64,000 bases of DNA from an uncultured Lachnospiraceae bacterium (GCA_910587955.1 CAJUNN010000005.1:7268-71267), one strand, 5' to 3'; positions 9,694-19,073 are shown, counted from the stretch's first letter. Numbers and translations: made by a program. Notes: generated from the sequence alone by a model not told the origin.

Positions 9694-10818
9694 TTAAAGT
9701 TCCGTAGTGCCACCAATTTTCTTTACGGAATCCCGTTCCACCAGCCGGGCCTCAAACTCATACGTGCAGCCCGGAATGCCGGTGCGTATCATGGAAAGAA
9801 GCATCTCTGCCGCCTTTTCTCCCAAGGCCTCTTTCGGATGATGAACGGATGTCAGCCCCACCTCACCGAGAACTGCCAGATCCGTGTTATCTACGCTGAC
9901 CACAGAAACATCCCCCGGAACCGAAATCCCGTGCCGTTTCCAGATCTCCATCACCTCGAAAGCCGCGCTGTCATTGTAGCACAGCACCCCCGTACAGGAA
10001 CCCAGGCGCTCTGCAACTGCCTGTTCCAGCCTTCCGAATGCGAGCGTATCCTCTGTGTCAAACCACAAAATCCCATCCTCGCAGGGACGGATTCCCGCAT
10101 CCCGGACAGCCTCCATAAATCCCCGGTAACGCCGGATCCCCTGCCCGTCGTCCCGCTTAAAGAGCCCTCCCAGCTTCCGGTGTCCGTGCTCTATCAGATA
10201 TTGGGCAGCACACCGGCCTGCCATTTCATCCTGCAGGGCTACCATGGGGCAGGTTAGCTCGGGATAAGAACTATTCAGAAAAAGAATGGGAATCTTCCGG
10301 CTCTGCAGTTCCCGGTAAAGGGCCAGATTGGGATTGGGAAGAGCGCTCCGGGTAGTCTCAATGATAAGTCCGCCCAAATCCTGCTTCAGCAAATCCGCAA
10401 GCACAGCCTCCTCCCTCCAGATCCGGTTATTGGTAAAGGCAATCTGCACCTGAAAACCCTGATCTGAGAGCACTTTTTCAATTCCCCGGATAATCCGCGG
10501 AAAAATGTAATTGTCCACATATGTAGTGACTACGGCAATCCGGCGGCTCCGGGACTTTTCCTCTGCCTCGGCATCCGTCACAAAAGTCCCGCTTCCCTGA
10601 CGGCTGCGCACGAAACCCTGTCTCTCCAGCACACCCAAAGCTCTCCGCACCGTCTGGCGGCTCACAGAAAACTGCGCCTGCAGCTCCTGCTCCGAGGGAA
10701 GCTTCTTCCCCGGCTGATAGAATCCCTCTGCAATTTTCTGCTGCAGCCACTCTGCCAGCATTTGATATTTCGGCATCTGTCCTGTATCTCTTTCTTTTTT
10801 TCTTTCATCATAATACAT
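9694..10818 (-). CDS. araR: AraR-type transcriptional repressor (GntR-family wHTH fused to a LacI/PBP-type sugar-binding domain)
   Basis: N-terminal GntR HTH (LPSEQELQAQFSVSRQTVRRAL) and a C-terminal periplasmic-binding-like domain. It is adjacent to araA. Confidence 0.8.
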   Translation of the reverse strand: MYYDERKKERDTGQMPKYQMLAEWLQQKIAEGFYQPGKKLPSEQELQAQFSVSRQTVRRALGVLERQGFVRSRQGSGTFVTDAEAEEKSRSRRIAVVTTYVDNYIFPRIIRGIEKVLSDQGFQVQIAFTNNRIWREEAVLADLLKQDLGGLIIETTRSALPNPNLALYRELQSRKIPILFLNSSYPELTCPMVALQDEMAGRCAAQYLIEHGHRKLGGLFKRDDGQGIRRYRGFMEAVRDAGIRPCEDGILWFDTEDTLAFGRLEQAVAERLGSCTGVLCYNDSAAFEVMEIWKRHGISVPGDVSVVSVDNTDLAVLGEVGLTSVHHPKEALGEKAAEMLLSMIRTGIPGCTYEFEARLVERDSVKKIGGTTEL

Positions 10819-10867
10819 TCTAACTCTGGATACAAGAACAACCTCTTATCTCCCGCACATCTTTGTC

Positions 10868-11103
10868 TAAATTTGTATCTTTAATATAAATTTGTACTTT
10901 TTTGTGTGGTTTTCCGCATTCGGCAAGTTGATTTTAAGAAAATCCTTTTACTTTTGGTTACTTTATGACAGCATCGCTTCTTTATACTTTATATATACAT
11001 GTTTTTATACAAAGTGTCAATATGTATTGCATAATTTTTGTACTTTCTTTCAATTATTTTTACGGTTCATTTTAAAATTTGTATTTAATAAATTTAAATA
11101 CAA
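10868..11103. promoter_or_regulatory. AT-rich araR upstream region with repeated AAATTTGTA(C/T) half-sites; candidate AraR operators
   Basis: aaatttgtat at 10869-10878, aaatttgtac at 10888-10897, atttttgtac at 11034-11043, and aaatttgtat at 11075-11084 facing atacaa at 11098-11103. Confidence 0.3.
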
Positions 11104-11120
11104 GTTAATATATGATATAC

Positions 11121-11150
11121 AAAAAAGACCGCCGGGTCTTCCCGGCGATC
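11121..11150 (-). terminator. Rho-independent terminator of mscS
   Basis: The minus strand reads GATCGCCGGGaagaCCCGGCGGTC followed by TTTTTTG, directly after the mscS stop codon. Confidence 0.75.
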
Positions 11151-11162
11151 TTTCTCTTTTTG

Positions 11163-12023
11163 TCACTCCTGCCGGACATGCACATCCAGCTGATTGAAAG
11201 GAATTTCAATCCCGTTTTCATCGAAAGCCAGCTTCACAGCTTCCGTCATCTCCCATTTCGCCATCCAGTAATCTTCCGGGCGGACCCAGAAGCGGACCTT
11301 CAGCATCACGGCACTGTCTGCCAGCTCTGACACCACCGCCAAACGCTCCTCATCCTGCAGAATCCTTGCATCCTGCTCCAAAAGCTTCATGCACACTTCC
11401 TTCGCTCTTCTCAGATCCGCCGCATAAGAAATTCCCACATCAATGTCCAGCCTGCGCTTCTCCTGGGCTGTCACATTGATAAGGCTGCTGTCAGCCAGGG
11501 CTCCGTTTGGGATCACCACCTTGCGGTTATCCGGGGTGAGAAGACTGGTATAGATCATCTCAATCTGGGAAACGGTCCCTTCCAGGTCCCCCTGGATAAT
11601 GTAATCCCCCACCTTAAAGGGTTTCACCATCAGAATGAGAACGCCCCCTGCAAAATTGGAAAGGCTCCCCTGGAGAGCCAGGCCTGCGGCAAGCCCTGCA
11701 GAGCCTGCCAAAGCTATCACGGATGCCGTGTCCACGCCAAAGCCCGAGGCTATCAGCATCACCAGCACAAAGTACAGAAAAGCTTTTAAAAGGGAGTCAA
11801 TAAACTGCACCAACCCCGTATCCGCCCCGGCCCGTTCCATGGAGCGCCGCACCAGCCGGCGCACCAGCTTAATCAGCCGGGAACTAATAAAAAATACCAG
11901 AAGGGCAATCAGCACCTTCAAGCCGAAGGACACTACCCCCGGAAGATATTGATCCATATACGCCTGTGCTCGGTCTATTTCCTCTGTAATCGCTTCCAAT
12001 TCCTGACCTTCGCTCTGCTGCAT
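11163..12023 (-). CDS. mscS: Small-conductance mechanosensitive channel (MscS family)
   Basis: 286 aa with three TM helices, then the conserved MscS beta-domain (PFKVGDYI ... IPN). Confidence 0.85.
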   Translation of the reverse strand: MQQSEGQELEAITEEIDRAQAYMDQYLPGVVSFGLKVLIALLVFFISSRLIKLVRRLVRRSMERAGADTGLVQFIDSLLKAFLYFVLVMLIASGFGVDTASVIALAGSAGLAAGLALQGSLSNFAGGVLILMVKPFKVGDYIIQGDLEGTVSQIEMIYTSLLTPDNRKVVIPNGALADSSLINVTAQEKRRLDIDVGISYAADLRRAKEVCMKLLEQDARILQDEERLAVVSELADSAVMLKVRFWVRPEDYWMAKWEMTEAVKLAFDENGIEIPFNQLDVHVRQE

Positions 12024-12085
12024 CCCGCTTTTCTCCTACTCTATGCCTTTTTCTTTCTCTTTTATGCCGGAAAGCCCGCAGAATT

Positions 12086-14422
12086 TTATCTTGGGCCGTT
12101 TCCTTCTTTTTTTGTTCCTGCCGTCCCGGCCCCTTTCCCGGAACCGGACGCCGGCTTTCCGGCTGCTTTTGCAGATTTTGCCTTTGCGGCTTTCGCCTTC
12201 ACAGGTATCTTTTCCGGCGTACAGGAGAACACGGCAATTCCCATGGGGGGAACCGTAATCTCAATGGAATTCTCCTGCCCGTCGCACTCGGATTTCTTTG
12301 ACAGCTTTGCACGCTTGTTCCGCACATTGCTTCCGCCGTAGATCTCACTGTCGCTGTTAAAAATTTCCTTATAGCGTCCTTCAAAGGGTACGCCGATTTT
12401 ATGCTTCTCATAGATCAGAGGCGAGAAATTGCATACCACCAAAAGCGTCTCCTTCGCTTCCCCGGCCTGCCGGGTAAACACCAGCATATTCTCATTGGCC
12501 GAGATATTGTTGATCCAGGTAAAGCCCTCCGGCAGGCAGTCCTGCTCATACAGTGCCGGATGTGCCAGGCAGAAATGGTTCAGGTCCTTCACATAATCGT
12601 GCATATTGCTGTGATCCTGATACTCAAGAAGCTCCCAGTCCAGTCCTATATTCTCGTTCCACTCTTCAAAGGGCGCATAATCCTGCCCCATAAAGAGCAG
12701 TTTCTTTCCCGGATGGGTCATCATATAGCCGTAGACTGCCCGCAGATTGTTCAGCTGGGAATCCCGGTCTCCCGGCATCTTTCCCACCAGTGAGCTCTTC
12801 CCGTGCACCACTTCGTCGTGGGACAGGCTTAATATAAAGTTTTCACTGTAAGCATAAATCATGCTGAAGGTCAATTCTCCGTGATGATAAGCCCGGAACA
12901 CCGGATCGTACTGCATATAACCCAGAAAATCATTCATCCAGCCCATATTCCATTTGAAGTCAAAGCCCAGGCCGTTTTCCTCTACGCTTCCCGTGACCTT
13001 GGGCCATGCCGTCGATTCCTCTGCAATGAGAAGAGCTCCGTTCTTTTGTTTCCGGAAAATGGAATTTAAGTGCTTCAAAAATTCCATGGCTTCCAGATTT
13101 TCATTCCCGCCGTACATGTTGGCCACCCATTCTCCATCCTGTTTCCCGTAATCCAGATACAGCATGGATGCCACCGCATCCATACGGATGCCGTCTGCGT
13201 GGTAAACTTTTGTCCAGAACAGTGCGTTGGCAATGAGGAAATTTTTCACTTCCGGACGGCCGTAATTGTAGATCAGCGTTCCCCAATGGGGATGTGCTCC
13301 CTGCCTGGGATCGTAATGCTCATAGAGGCAGGTTCCGTCAAAAGCCGCCAGGCCAAAAGCATCCCTGGGGAAATGGGCCGGCACCCAGTCCAGAATGACG
13401 CCGATCCCCTGACCGTGCATATAATCCATAAAATACATAAAATCTTCCGGCGATCCGTACCGGGCTGTGGGCGCATAGTATCCCGTCACCTGATAACCCC
13501 AGGAAGCGTCTAAAGGATGCTCCATCACCGGCATCAGCTCCACATGGGTATATCCCATCTCTTTGACATAATCTGCAAGCTGGGGCGCCAGTTCCCGGTA
13601 GGTATAAAATTCCCGGCCGGAATCCTCCTCCGGCTTCTTCCAGGATCCCAGGTGCACTTCATAGATCAGCATGGGCGACTTCTGGTAGTCCGTCTTTTTC
13701 CGCTGTTCCAGCCATTCGCCGTCCTTCCACTCGTATCCCCTTAAGTCCGCCACTACGGAAGCCGTATTGGGCCTAAGCTCCGCCCGGTTGGCGTACGGGT
13801 CTGCCTTTAACATGGGAAGGCCGCTTCTGGTCTTAATTTCGTATTTATAAGTTTCCCCCGGCTCCAGCCCGGGAATAAACAGTTCAAAAATACCGGCCCC
13901 CTCAATCCTGCGCATGGGATGCCGCCGTCCGTCCCACAGGTTAAAGTCTCCTACCACGCTGACCCGGCTGGCGTCCGGAGCCCAGACTGCAAAGTAAACC
14001 CCCTGCGTACCCTTTATGGTCTGTGGATGGGCTCCCAGCTTCTCATAGATGGTATAATGAATTCCGGCTGCAAACTTGTCCAGATCCTGCACCGAAAACG
14101 CCTTGGGCTCAAAGCGGTAGGGATCCTCCAGATCCTGCACCGTTCCGTTATCATACTCTACCCGGTAAAAATAATCCGGAATGCTCTTTCCCGGCAGAAG
14201 CACCGCAAAAAATCCGGCTTCATCCGCCATCTCCATGGGATACTGTTTTCCGCTTTTACGTATTTCCGCCGTCATCTTCACTGCCGTAGGGCAGAAAGCC
14301 TGAACCAGAATCCCTCCGTCCACCTTGTGCGCCCCCAGTATTTCCTGGGGCTCGTCCTCCTCCGAATACACCAGCGCCTCAATCCGAGGCCAGTTCATCA
14401 AATCATACAGTTTTGCATCCAT
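12086..14422 (-). CDS. glgB: 1,4-alpha-glucan branching enzyme with a Lys/Ala-rich C-terminal tail
   Basis: GH13 regions DGIRMDAV, AEESTAWP and LSHDEVVHGK. The start is set at MDAKLYD (ATG at 14420-14422, preceded by GAAAGGA). The longer track ORF would run through the upstream repeat. Confidence 0.93.
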   Translation of the reverse strand: MDAKLYDLMNWPRIEALVYSEEDEPQEILGAHKVDGGILVQAFCPTAVKMTAEIRKSGKQYPMEMADEAGFFAVLLPGKSIPDYFYRVEYDNGTVQDLEDPYRFEPKAFSVQDLDKFAAGIHYTIYEKLGAHPQTIKGTQGVYFAVWAPDASRVSVVGDFNLWDGRRHPMRRIEGAGIFELFIPGLEPGETYKYEIKTRSGLPMLKADPYANRAELRPNTASVVADLRGYEWKDGEWLEQRKKTDYQKSPMLIYEVHLGSWKKPEEDSGREFYTYRELAPQLADYVKEMGYTHVELMPVMEHPLDASWGYQVTGYYAPTARYGSPEDFMYFMDYMHGQGIGVILDWVPAHFPRDAFGLAAFDGTCLYEHYDPRQGAHPHWGTLIYNYGRPEVKNFLIANALFWTKVYHADGIRMDAVASMLYLDYGKQDGEWVANMYGGNENLEAMEFLKHLNSIFRKQKNGALLIAEESTAWPKVTGSVEENGLGFDFKWNMGWMNDFLGYMQYDPVFRAYHHGELTFSMIYAYSENFILSLSHDEVVHGKSSLVGKMPGDRDSQLNNLRAVYGYMMTHPGKKLLFMGQDYAPFEEWNENIGLDWELLEYQDHSNMHDYVKDLNHFCLAHPALYEQDCLPEGFTWINNISANENMLVFTRQAGEAKETLLVVCNFSPLIYEKHKIGVPFEGRYKEIFNSDSEIYGGSNVRNKRAKLSKKSECDGQENSIEITVPPMGIAVFSCTPEKIPVKAKAAKAKSAKAAGKPASGSGKGAGTAGTKKEGNGPR

Positions 14423-14436
14423 CCCCTTGATCCTTT

Positions 14437-14660
14437 CATTACTAGTTCCGCATACGCCCTCCCTGCGCTCCTTCCCTAGAAAGACTTCCGGCCACACAAA
14501 CATGCGTCCGTAACTCTTTCTATGCGCTGTTCGGGCTTCTGCTGTTTCCAGTTCCGCATACGCCCTCCCTGCGCTCCTTCCCTAGAAAGACTTCCGGCCG
14601 CACAAACATGCGTCCGCAACTCTTTCTATGCGCTGTTCGGGCTCCTGCTGTTTTCAGTTC
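14437..14660 (-). repeat. Two near-identical tandem units (about 105 nt) of the dispersed structured repeat
   Basis: The sequence (c/t)agttccgcatacgccctccctgcgctccttccctagaaagacttccggcc(a/g)cacaaacatgcgtccg(t/c)aactctttctatgcgctgttcgggct(t/c)ctgctgttt is repeated twice. It fills the gap between the Cof hydrolase stop and glgB. Confidence 0.85.
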
Positions 14661-15460
14661 TAGATCAGCCCGTACCGCTTAAGGGCCCGGTAAACCCCAT
14701 CTTCCCAGATGCCCTCCGTCCGGTAACTGGCTGCCTTAAGTACGTTCTGCTCAGCATTTCCCATGGCTGTTCCATACTGTACATATTGTAACATCTCCAG
14801 GTCGTTTGGTCCATCCCCAAATGCGTATGTACAAGAAATCGGAAGCTTAAGATGTTTAAGAAGCACCTGGATTCCGTCCGCTTTGTTTATGCCCTTAGGC
14901 ATCATCTCCACGAAAGCCGCCCTCTCATAGCAGGCCAGGGTAAAATGTTCCCCCAGGGCAAACGCTTTCTCCAAAGCCGGAAATCGTTCCTCTTCATAAT
15001 AGAAGATTGTCATCTTGCTGGCCCGGTCGGAATCCTCCTCCATCTCCTTTACCCGGTCCGGATATTCCCGGTGAAGCCGTTCCAGAACCCGGAAGTACTT
15101 GCCGGCCTCCCCGTCTCCACGGTAGCTGATATACTCCGGTCCCTCCAGAACCACGCAGCATTCTCTTTTCTCCAGTTTCCGGACAGTCTCTCCCTGCAAA
15201 GGCTGTTTCAGAAGAACGCTCCGCAGTACCTCCCCCTGAAACTCTACGTACGCACCGGCTCCGCCGATGATTCCCGAAAATCCCAGATCCAGGATTTCCG
15301 GAAAAAGAGTTGCCTTGGGCCTTCCGCTGCACACCACCGGAATATGGCCGTTCTCCTTTAAGAGACGGATGGCAGTTCTGGTACTGTCCGGCGTCCCTTT
15401 TCCCATCTCAAAGATGGTCCCGTCAATATCAAAAAATACAATGCTTTTCTCCTGGTTCAT
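14660..15460 (-). CDS. Cof-type HAD-IIB family hydrolase (sugar-phosphate phosphatase-like)
   Basis: Motifs FFDIDGTI and GDGPNDLEM. The start overlaps the ligA stop (ATGA). Confidence 0.8.
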   Translation of the reverse strand: MNQEKSIVFFDIDGTIFEMGKGTPDSTRTAIRLLKENGHIPVVCSGRPKATLFPEILDLGFSGIIGGAGAYVEFQGEVLRSVLLKQPLQGETVRKLEKRECCVVLEGPEYISYRGDGEAGKYFRVLERLHREYPDRVKEMEEDSDRASKMTIFYYEEERFPALEKAFALGEHFTLACYERAAFVEMMPKGINKADGIQVLLKHLKLPISCTYAFGDGPNDLEMLQYVQYGTAMGNAEQNVLKAASYRTEGIWEDGVYRALKRYGLI

Positions 15461-17406
15461 AGTGCCAAAAACTCCTCCTCTGTAAGAATGGGTATTCCCA
15501 GTTCCTTTGCTTTTTTATTTTTGGAAGAACCGGATGCGGCATCGTTGTTGATAAGATAATCCGTCTTTTTGGTTACGCTGCCGGTCACTTTTCCGCCTTT
15601 TGATTCAATCAGCTCCTGAAGCTCTCTGCGGTTTTCAAACCGGGTCAAGCTTCCGGTTATCACAAAGATCTTTCCCTGAAAGCTCCCCTCTCCCGGTTCT
15701 GCAGGTTCCTTCTGAAGCTCCAGTTTATCAAGAAGCCGGTAAAAGCGCTCCTTATTCTCCGCATCCTGAAAATAATTCACGAAGCTGGAGGCGATTACGC
15801 CGCCCACTCCGTCAATGGCTGCCAGATCTTCCTCTGTGGCCGCCAGCATATGTTCCACATCATTGTCAAATTCCCTGCAGATAAGCTTTGCCACCGCCAG
15901 GCCGATATTTAAAATCCCCAAACTGTAAATCACCTTTGCCAGCGTAGTTTTCCGGGCTTTTTTTATACTCGCCATAAGGTTTTCATAGGATTTTTCCCCA
16001 AAGCCTTCCATCCCTACAATTTCTTCCCGCCACCGCTCCAGGCGGAAAATATCTGCAAACTCGTGGATAAAACCCCGGGCAATAAATTTTTCCAGGGAAG
16101 CTTCCGAAAGCCCCTCCACGTTTAAAGCATCCCTGCTCACCAGCAGGGTAAAAGATTTGATTTTCTTGGCCTGGCATTCTCCGTTGGTACAGTAGAGGGA
16201 TTCCACATCATTGACTTTCCGGATCTCTGTAGCCCCGCCGCACACAGGACAGGTTTCCGGAATATCCTTAAGACCGCTCCGGGTCCGGTTTTCCGCAATC
16301 TGGGGGATAATCATATTAGCCTTGTAAACCTCTATGGTGTCTCCAATCCCCAGCTCCAGGGAACGCAGAATGCTGACGTTGTGGACGCTGGCCCGGCTGA
16401 CCGTGGTTCCCTCCAGCTCCACGGGTTCAAAAATAGCCACCGGGTTGATAAGCCCTGTCCGGGAAGGACTCCACGCAATCTCCAAAAGCTTGGTCTCCCG
16501 GATTTCATCCGCCCATTTAAAGGCCATGGAATCCCTGGGGAATTTGGAAGTCCTGCCAAGGGAGTTTCCATAGGAAATGTCATCGTAAAGAGCCACCAGA
16601 CCGTCTGACGGAAAATCGTTTTTTTCAATCCGTCCTGCAAAACGGCCCACCGCCTCTTCAAGATTTTCCTCTGTCACCACTTCATATTCTACGGTCTCAA
16701 AACCCTGGCGCTTCAGCCACAGAAACTCCTGTTCATGAGAATTCTGGAAATCAACTCCTTCCGCCCGCACCAGGGAAAAGGCAAAGAAATTGACATTTCT
16801 GCCGGCTGTAATCTCGTTGTTCAGCTGCCGCACGGATCCGCTGCAGAGATTTCTGGGATTTTTGTATTTCGCCTCTGTATCGGGAATTTCCTGGTTGATC
16901 CGCTCAAATTCCCGGTAGCCAATCACCGCCTCTCCCCGCAGAACCAGTTCTCCCGCAAAAGAAATCTTAAGGGGAAGGTTTTGGAACACCCGGGCGTTGT
17001 TTGTGATCACTTCTCCTACCTCACCGTTTCCCCTGGTGACAGCCTTGAAAAGCTGTCCATCCCGGTAGGTGAGCACAATGGTCAACCCGTCCAGCTTCCA
17101 GGACAGAAGCGTCCGGCGGGGGCCCACCCACTCTTTCAGCGTTTCCACATCTTTTGTCTTATCCAGGGAGAGCATGGGACGCTCGTGGCGCTCCTTGGGC
17201 AGTTCGCTCAAAACCTCATACCCCACCCGGAGGGTAGGACTTCCTGAAAGGATAACGCCCGTCTCCCGTTCCAGGGCCTCCAGCTCGTCATAAAGCCTGT
17301 CATATTCGAAATTACTCATGATTTCCCTGGCTTCCTGATAGTAAGTACGGGCGGCCTGATTCAAAAGCCCTGCCAGCTCTTTCATTCTCTCCTTTTTCTC
17401 TTCCAT
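15457..17406 (-). CDS. ligA: NAD-dependent DNA ligase
   Basis: 649 aa with adenylation motif KLDG (SWKLDGLT), Zn finger CPVCGG...C, HhH region and a C-terminal BRCT domain. Confidence 0.95.
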   Translation of the reverse strand: MEEKKERMKELAGLLNQAARTYYQEAREIMSNFEYDRLYDELEALERETGVILSGSPTLRVGYEVLSELPKERHERPMLSLDKTKDVETLKEWVGPRRTLLSWKLDGLTIVLTYRDGQLFKAVTRGNGEVGEVITNNARVFQNLPLKISFAGELVLRGEAVIGYREFERINQEIPDTEAKYKNPRNLCSGSVRQLNNEITAGRNVNFFAFSLVRAEGVDFQNSHEQEFLWLKRQGFETVEYEVVTEENLEEAVGRFAGRIEKNDFPSDGLVALYDDISYGNSLGRTSKFPRDSMAFKWADEIRETKLLEIAWSPSRTGLINPVAIFEPVELEGTTVSRASVHNVSILRSLELGIGDTIEVYKANMIIPQIAENRTRSGLKDIPETCPVCGGATEIRKVNDVESLYCTNGECQAKKIKSFTLLVSRDALNVEGLSEASLEKFIARGFIHEFADIFRLERWREEIVGMEGFGEKSYENLMASIKKARKTTLAKVIYSLGILNIGLAVAKLICREFDNDVEHMLAATEEDLAAIDGVGGVIASSFVNYFQDAENKERFYRLLDKLELQKEPAEPGEGSFQGKIFVITGSLTRFENRRELQELIESKGGKVTGSVTKKTDYLINNDAASGSSKNKKAKELGIPILTEEEFLAL

Positions 17407-17526
17407 AACAGCCTCCTATTACAGTTCCGCAGCTTCCCTACAAGCCCCCTTACCTGGAAGGATTTCCTGACCCTGCGTGTCCGGATATCCTTCCGGTGCT
17501 TTCCGGGTAGCTGCTGATTCTACTTT
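17407..17526 (-). repeat. Single unit of the dispersed structured repeat, forming the ligA leader
   Basis: attacagttccgcagcttccc ... ctggaaggat / atccttccgg ... gctgctgattc. The minus-strand end reads GCGGAACTGTAATAGGAGGCTGTTATG. Confidence 0.7.
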
Positions 17527-18264
17527 TCAGCCAGCCGAACCGCGCAGAAGCGCCTCCAGCTCCTCCATTTCTTTTTGGGTAACTTTGCGCCAGGTCCCCG
17601 GTTTCATGCCTTTCAGTTCAATGTTCAGAATCCGGATCCGCTTCAAAGATACCACCTCAAACCCCAGGGTCCCGCACATTCTGCGGATCTGCCGGTTCAG
17701 CCCCTGGGTGAGAATTATGCGGAAATCAAACCTCCCGGTTTTTTCCACCTGACAGGGCCTGGTCACAGCATCCAGAAGTACCTTTCCCTGCTCCGCTTTC
17801 CGGATGCGTACCCCCTTTCTCATCCGCTCCAGAAACTCTTCCGTCACCGGCCGGTCGACCGTGACCAGATACTCCTTTTCGTGGTAATTGGAGGCTTTCA
17901 TGATCCGGTTAACCAGGCTCCCGTCGTTGGTCATTAAAATCAATCCTTCTGAATCTTTATCCAGCCTTCCCACCGGATAGACCCGGATGGGATATCCCAC
18001 AAAATCCACAATATTGCGCCGCTCCCGCCGATCCGCAGTGCTAACCACTCCGGGGGGCTTATAGACCGCCAGCAAAATCCGCTCCTCCCGGCTTTCCACG
18101 GCTTTTCCGTCCACCGCAACCTCCTGTTCCCGCCGGATCCGCATTCCGGTCACTGCAGGGTTTCCGTCCACCGTCACCTTCCCCGCCTCTATCAGTCTGT
18201 CCGCCTCCCGGCGGGAACATACGCCCGCCTCGCTTAAGTATTTATTTAAGCGTACTTCTTCCAT
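17527..18264 (-). CDS. rRNA pseudouridine synthase, RsuA/RluB/RluF family (S4 domain plus catalytic domain)
   Basis: S4 motif RLNKYLSEAGVCSRREADRLI and catalytic GRLDKDSEGLILMTNDG. The start is set at MEEVRLNKY (ATG at 18262-18264, SD AAGAGGA). Confidence 0.85.
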   Translation of the reverse strand: MEEVRLNKYLSEAGVCSRREADRLIEAGKVTVDGNPAVTGMRIRREQEVAVDGKAVESREERILLAVYKPPGVVSTADRRERRNIVDFVGYPIRVYPVGRLDKDSEGLILMTNDGSLVNRIMKASNYHEKEYLVTVDRPVTEEFLERMRKGVRIRKAEQGKVLLDAVTRPCQVEKTGRFDFRIILTQGLNRQIRRMCGTLGFEVVSLKRIRILNIELKGMKPGTWRKVTQKEMEELEALLRGSAG

Positions 18265-18278
18265 AATGAGAATCCTCT

Positions 18279-19073
18279 TTACTTTCCTAAACATGACATC
18301 ACGTGATTCCAAAACGACTCTTTAAAATATTCCAAAAGAAACAGGGGGATCCCGTTCAAAATGCCCACCACACGGTTGAAACATACAAAATGGTCCCACT
18401 GTGCCTCGTAAATCTTGGCCTGTGTCAGATTTTGCAAAAATTCTCTATATGTAGGTATGGACTCCTTGTAATCTACAATCAAATGAGCCCGTTTTACCGA
18501 AGCCCGGCAGGCCACTTCCCAGCGTTCTCTCGAGATCCGGCGGAAATCCCGGAATTCCAGTTCTTCCGCCACCTCCCGCTTATACGCTTCTCCCACATCC
18601 AGGGAAACATAAAAATTTCTGTAATCTTCAGTTTCGCTGTGGATCTCCCGCAGGGATTCTACCATGGGATAAGAAATATACAGTTTACCGTTTTCCGTCT
18701 CATTATCAAAGGTATCCAACAATTCCCGGATCACATTCCGGCTTCGATATTTTAAAGGAAGATTATTGTTGTGGGCATCGTAGTCAAAAAACAAATATAC
18801 CTCCGAAAAATCTCTGGATGAATACCCTTCCAAAAGCTTTCCTGCTTCCGGACTCATTTCTCGGACTACATCGATAACATCAATAGAAAAATTATTTTCC
18901 CTAAGCTTATTCCAGATCATATAAATGTTTCCACAGGCAGGGAAAGAAATCACCACGGTCTCCGCCACCTCCCGGAAAAACACTTCCTGCATTTTTTCCA
19001 CCAGCGTTTTTTCTGTTTTTTCCCCTTCGTAAATGATAGCAATGTGATTTCTTCTATTTCTCATCAAATGCAC
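18279..19073 (-). CDS. RloB-like / Toprim-like putative nuclease, partner of the upstream ATPase
   Basis: N-terminal IAIIYEGEKTE (as I recall it, the RloB hallmark is CEGxxTE) and a later acidic LFFDYD (DxD-like), which fits a Toprim Glu + DxD arrangement. It overlaps the ATPase gene by 11-20 nt. Local GC is about 40% against about 55% in the flanks. Confidence 0.55.
   Translation of the reverse strand: MHLMRNRRNHIAIIYEGEKTEKTLVEKMQEVFFREVAETVVISFPACGNIYMIWNKLRENNFSIDVIDVVREMSPEAGKLLEGYSSRDFSEVYLFFDYDAHNNNLPLKYRSRNVIRELLDTFDNETENGKLYISYPMVESLREIHSETEDYRNFYVSLDVGEAYKREVAEELEFRDFRRISRERWEVACRASVKRAHLIVDYKESIPTYREFLQNLTQAKIYEAQWDHFVCFNRVVGILNGIPLFLLEYFKESFWNHVMSCLGK

Noticed and set aside
10892-11197. 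101-aa plus-strand ORF in the araR-mscS intergenic region
   Set aside because: It consists of AT-rich, low-complexity Phe/Tyr/Leu/Lys codons spanning promoter and operator DNA and the mscS terminator. It has no SD.
14423-14503. N-terminal extension of the glgB ORF (MFVWPEVFLGKERREGV...)
   Set aside because: The extension is translated repeat-element sequence. The conserved GlgB N-terminus begins at MDAKLYD, which has its own SD.
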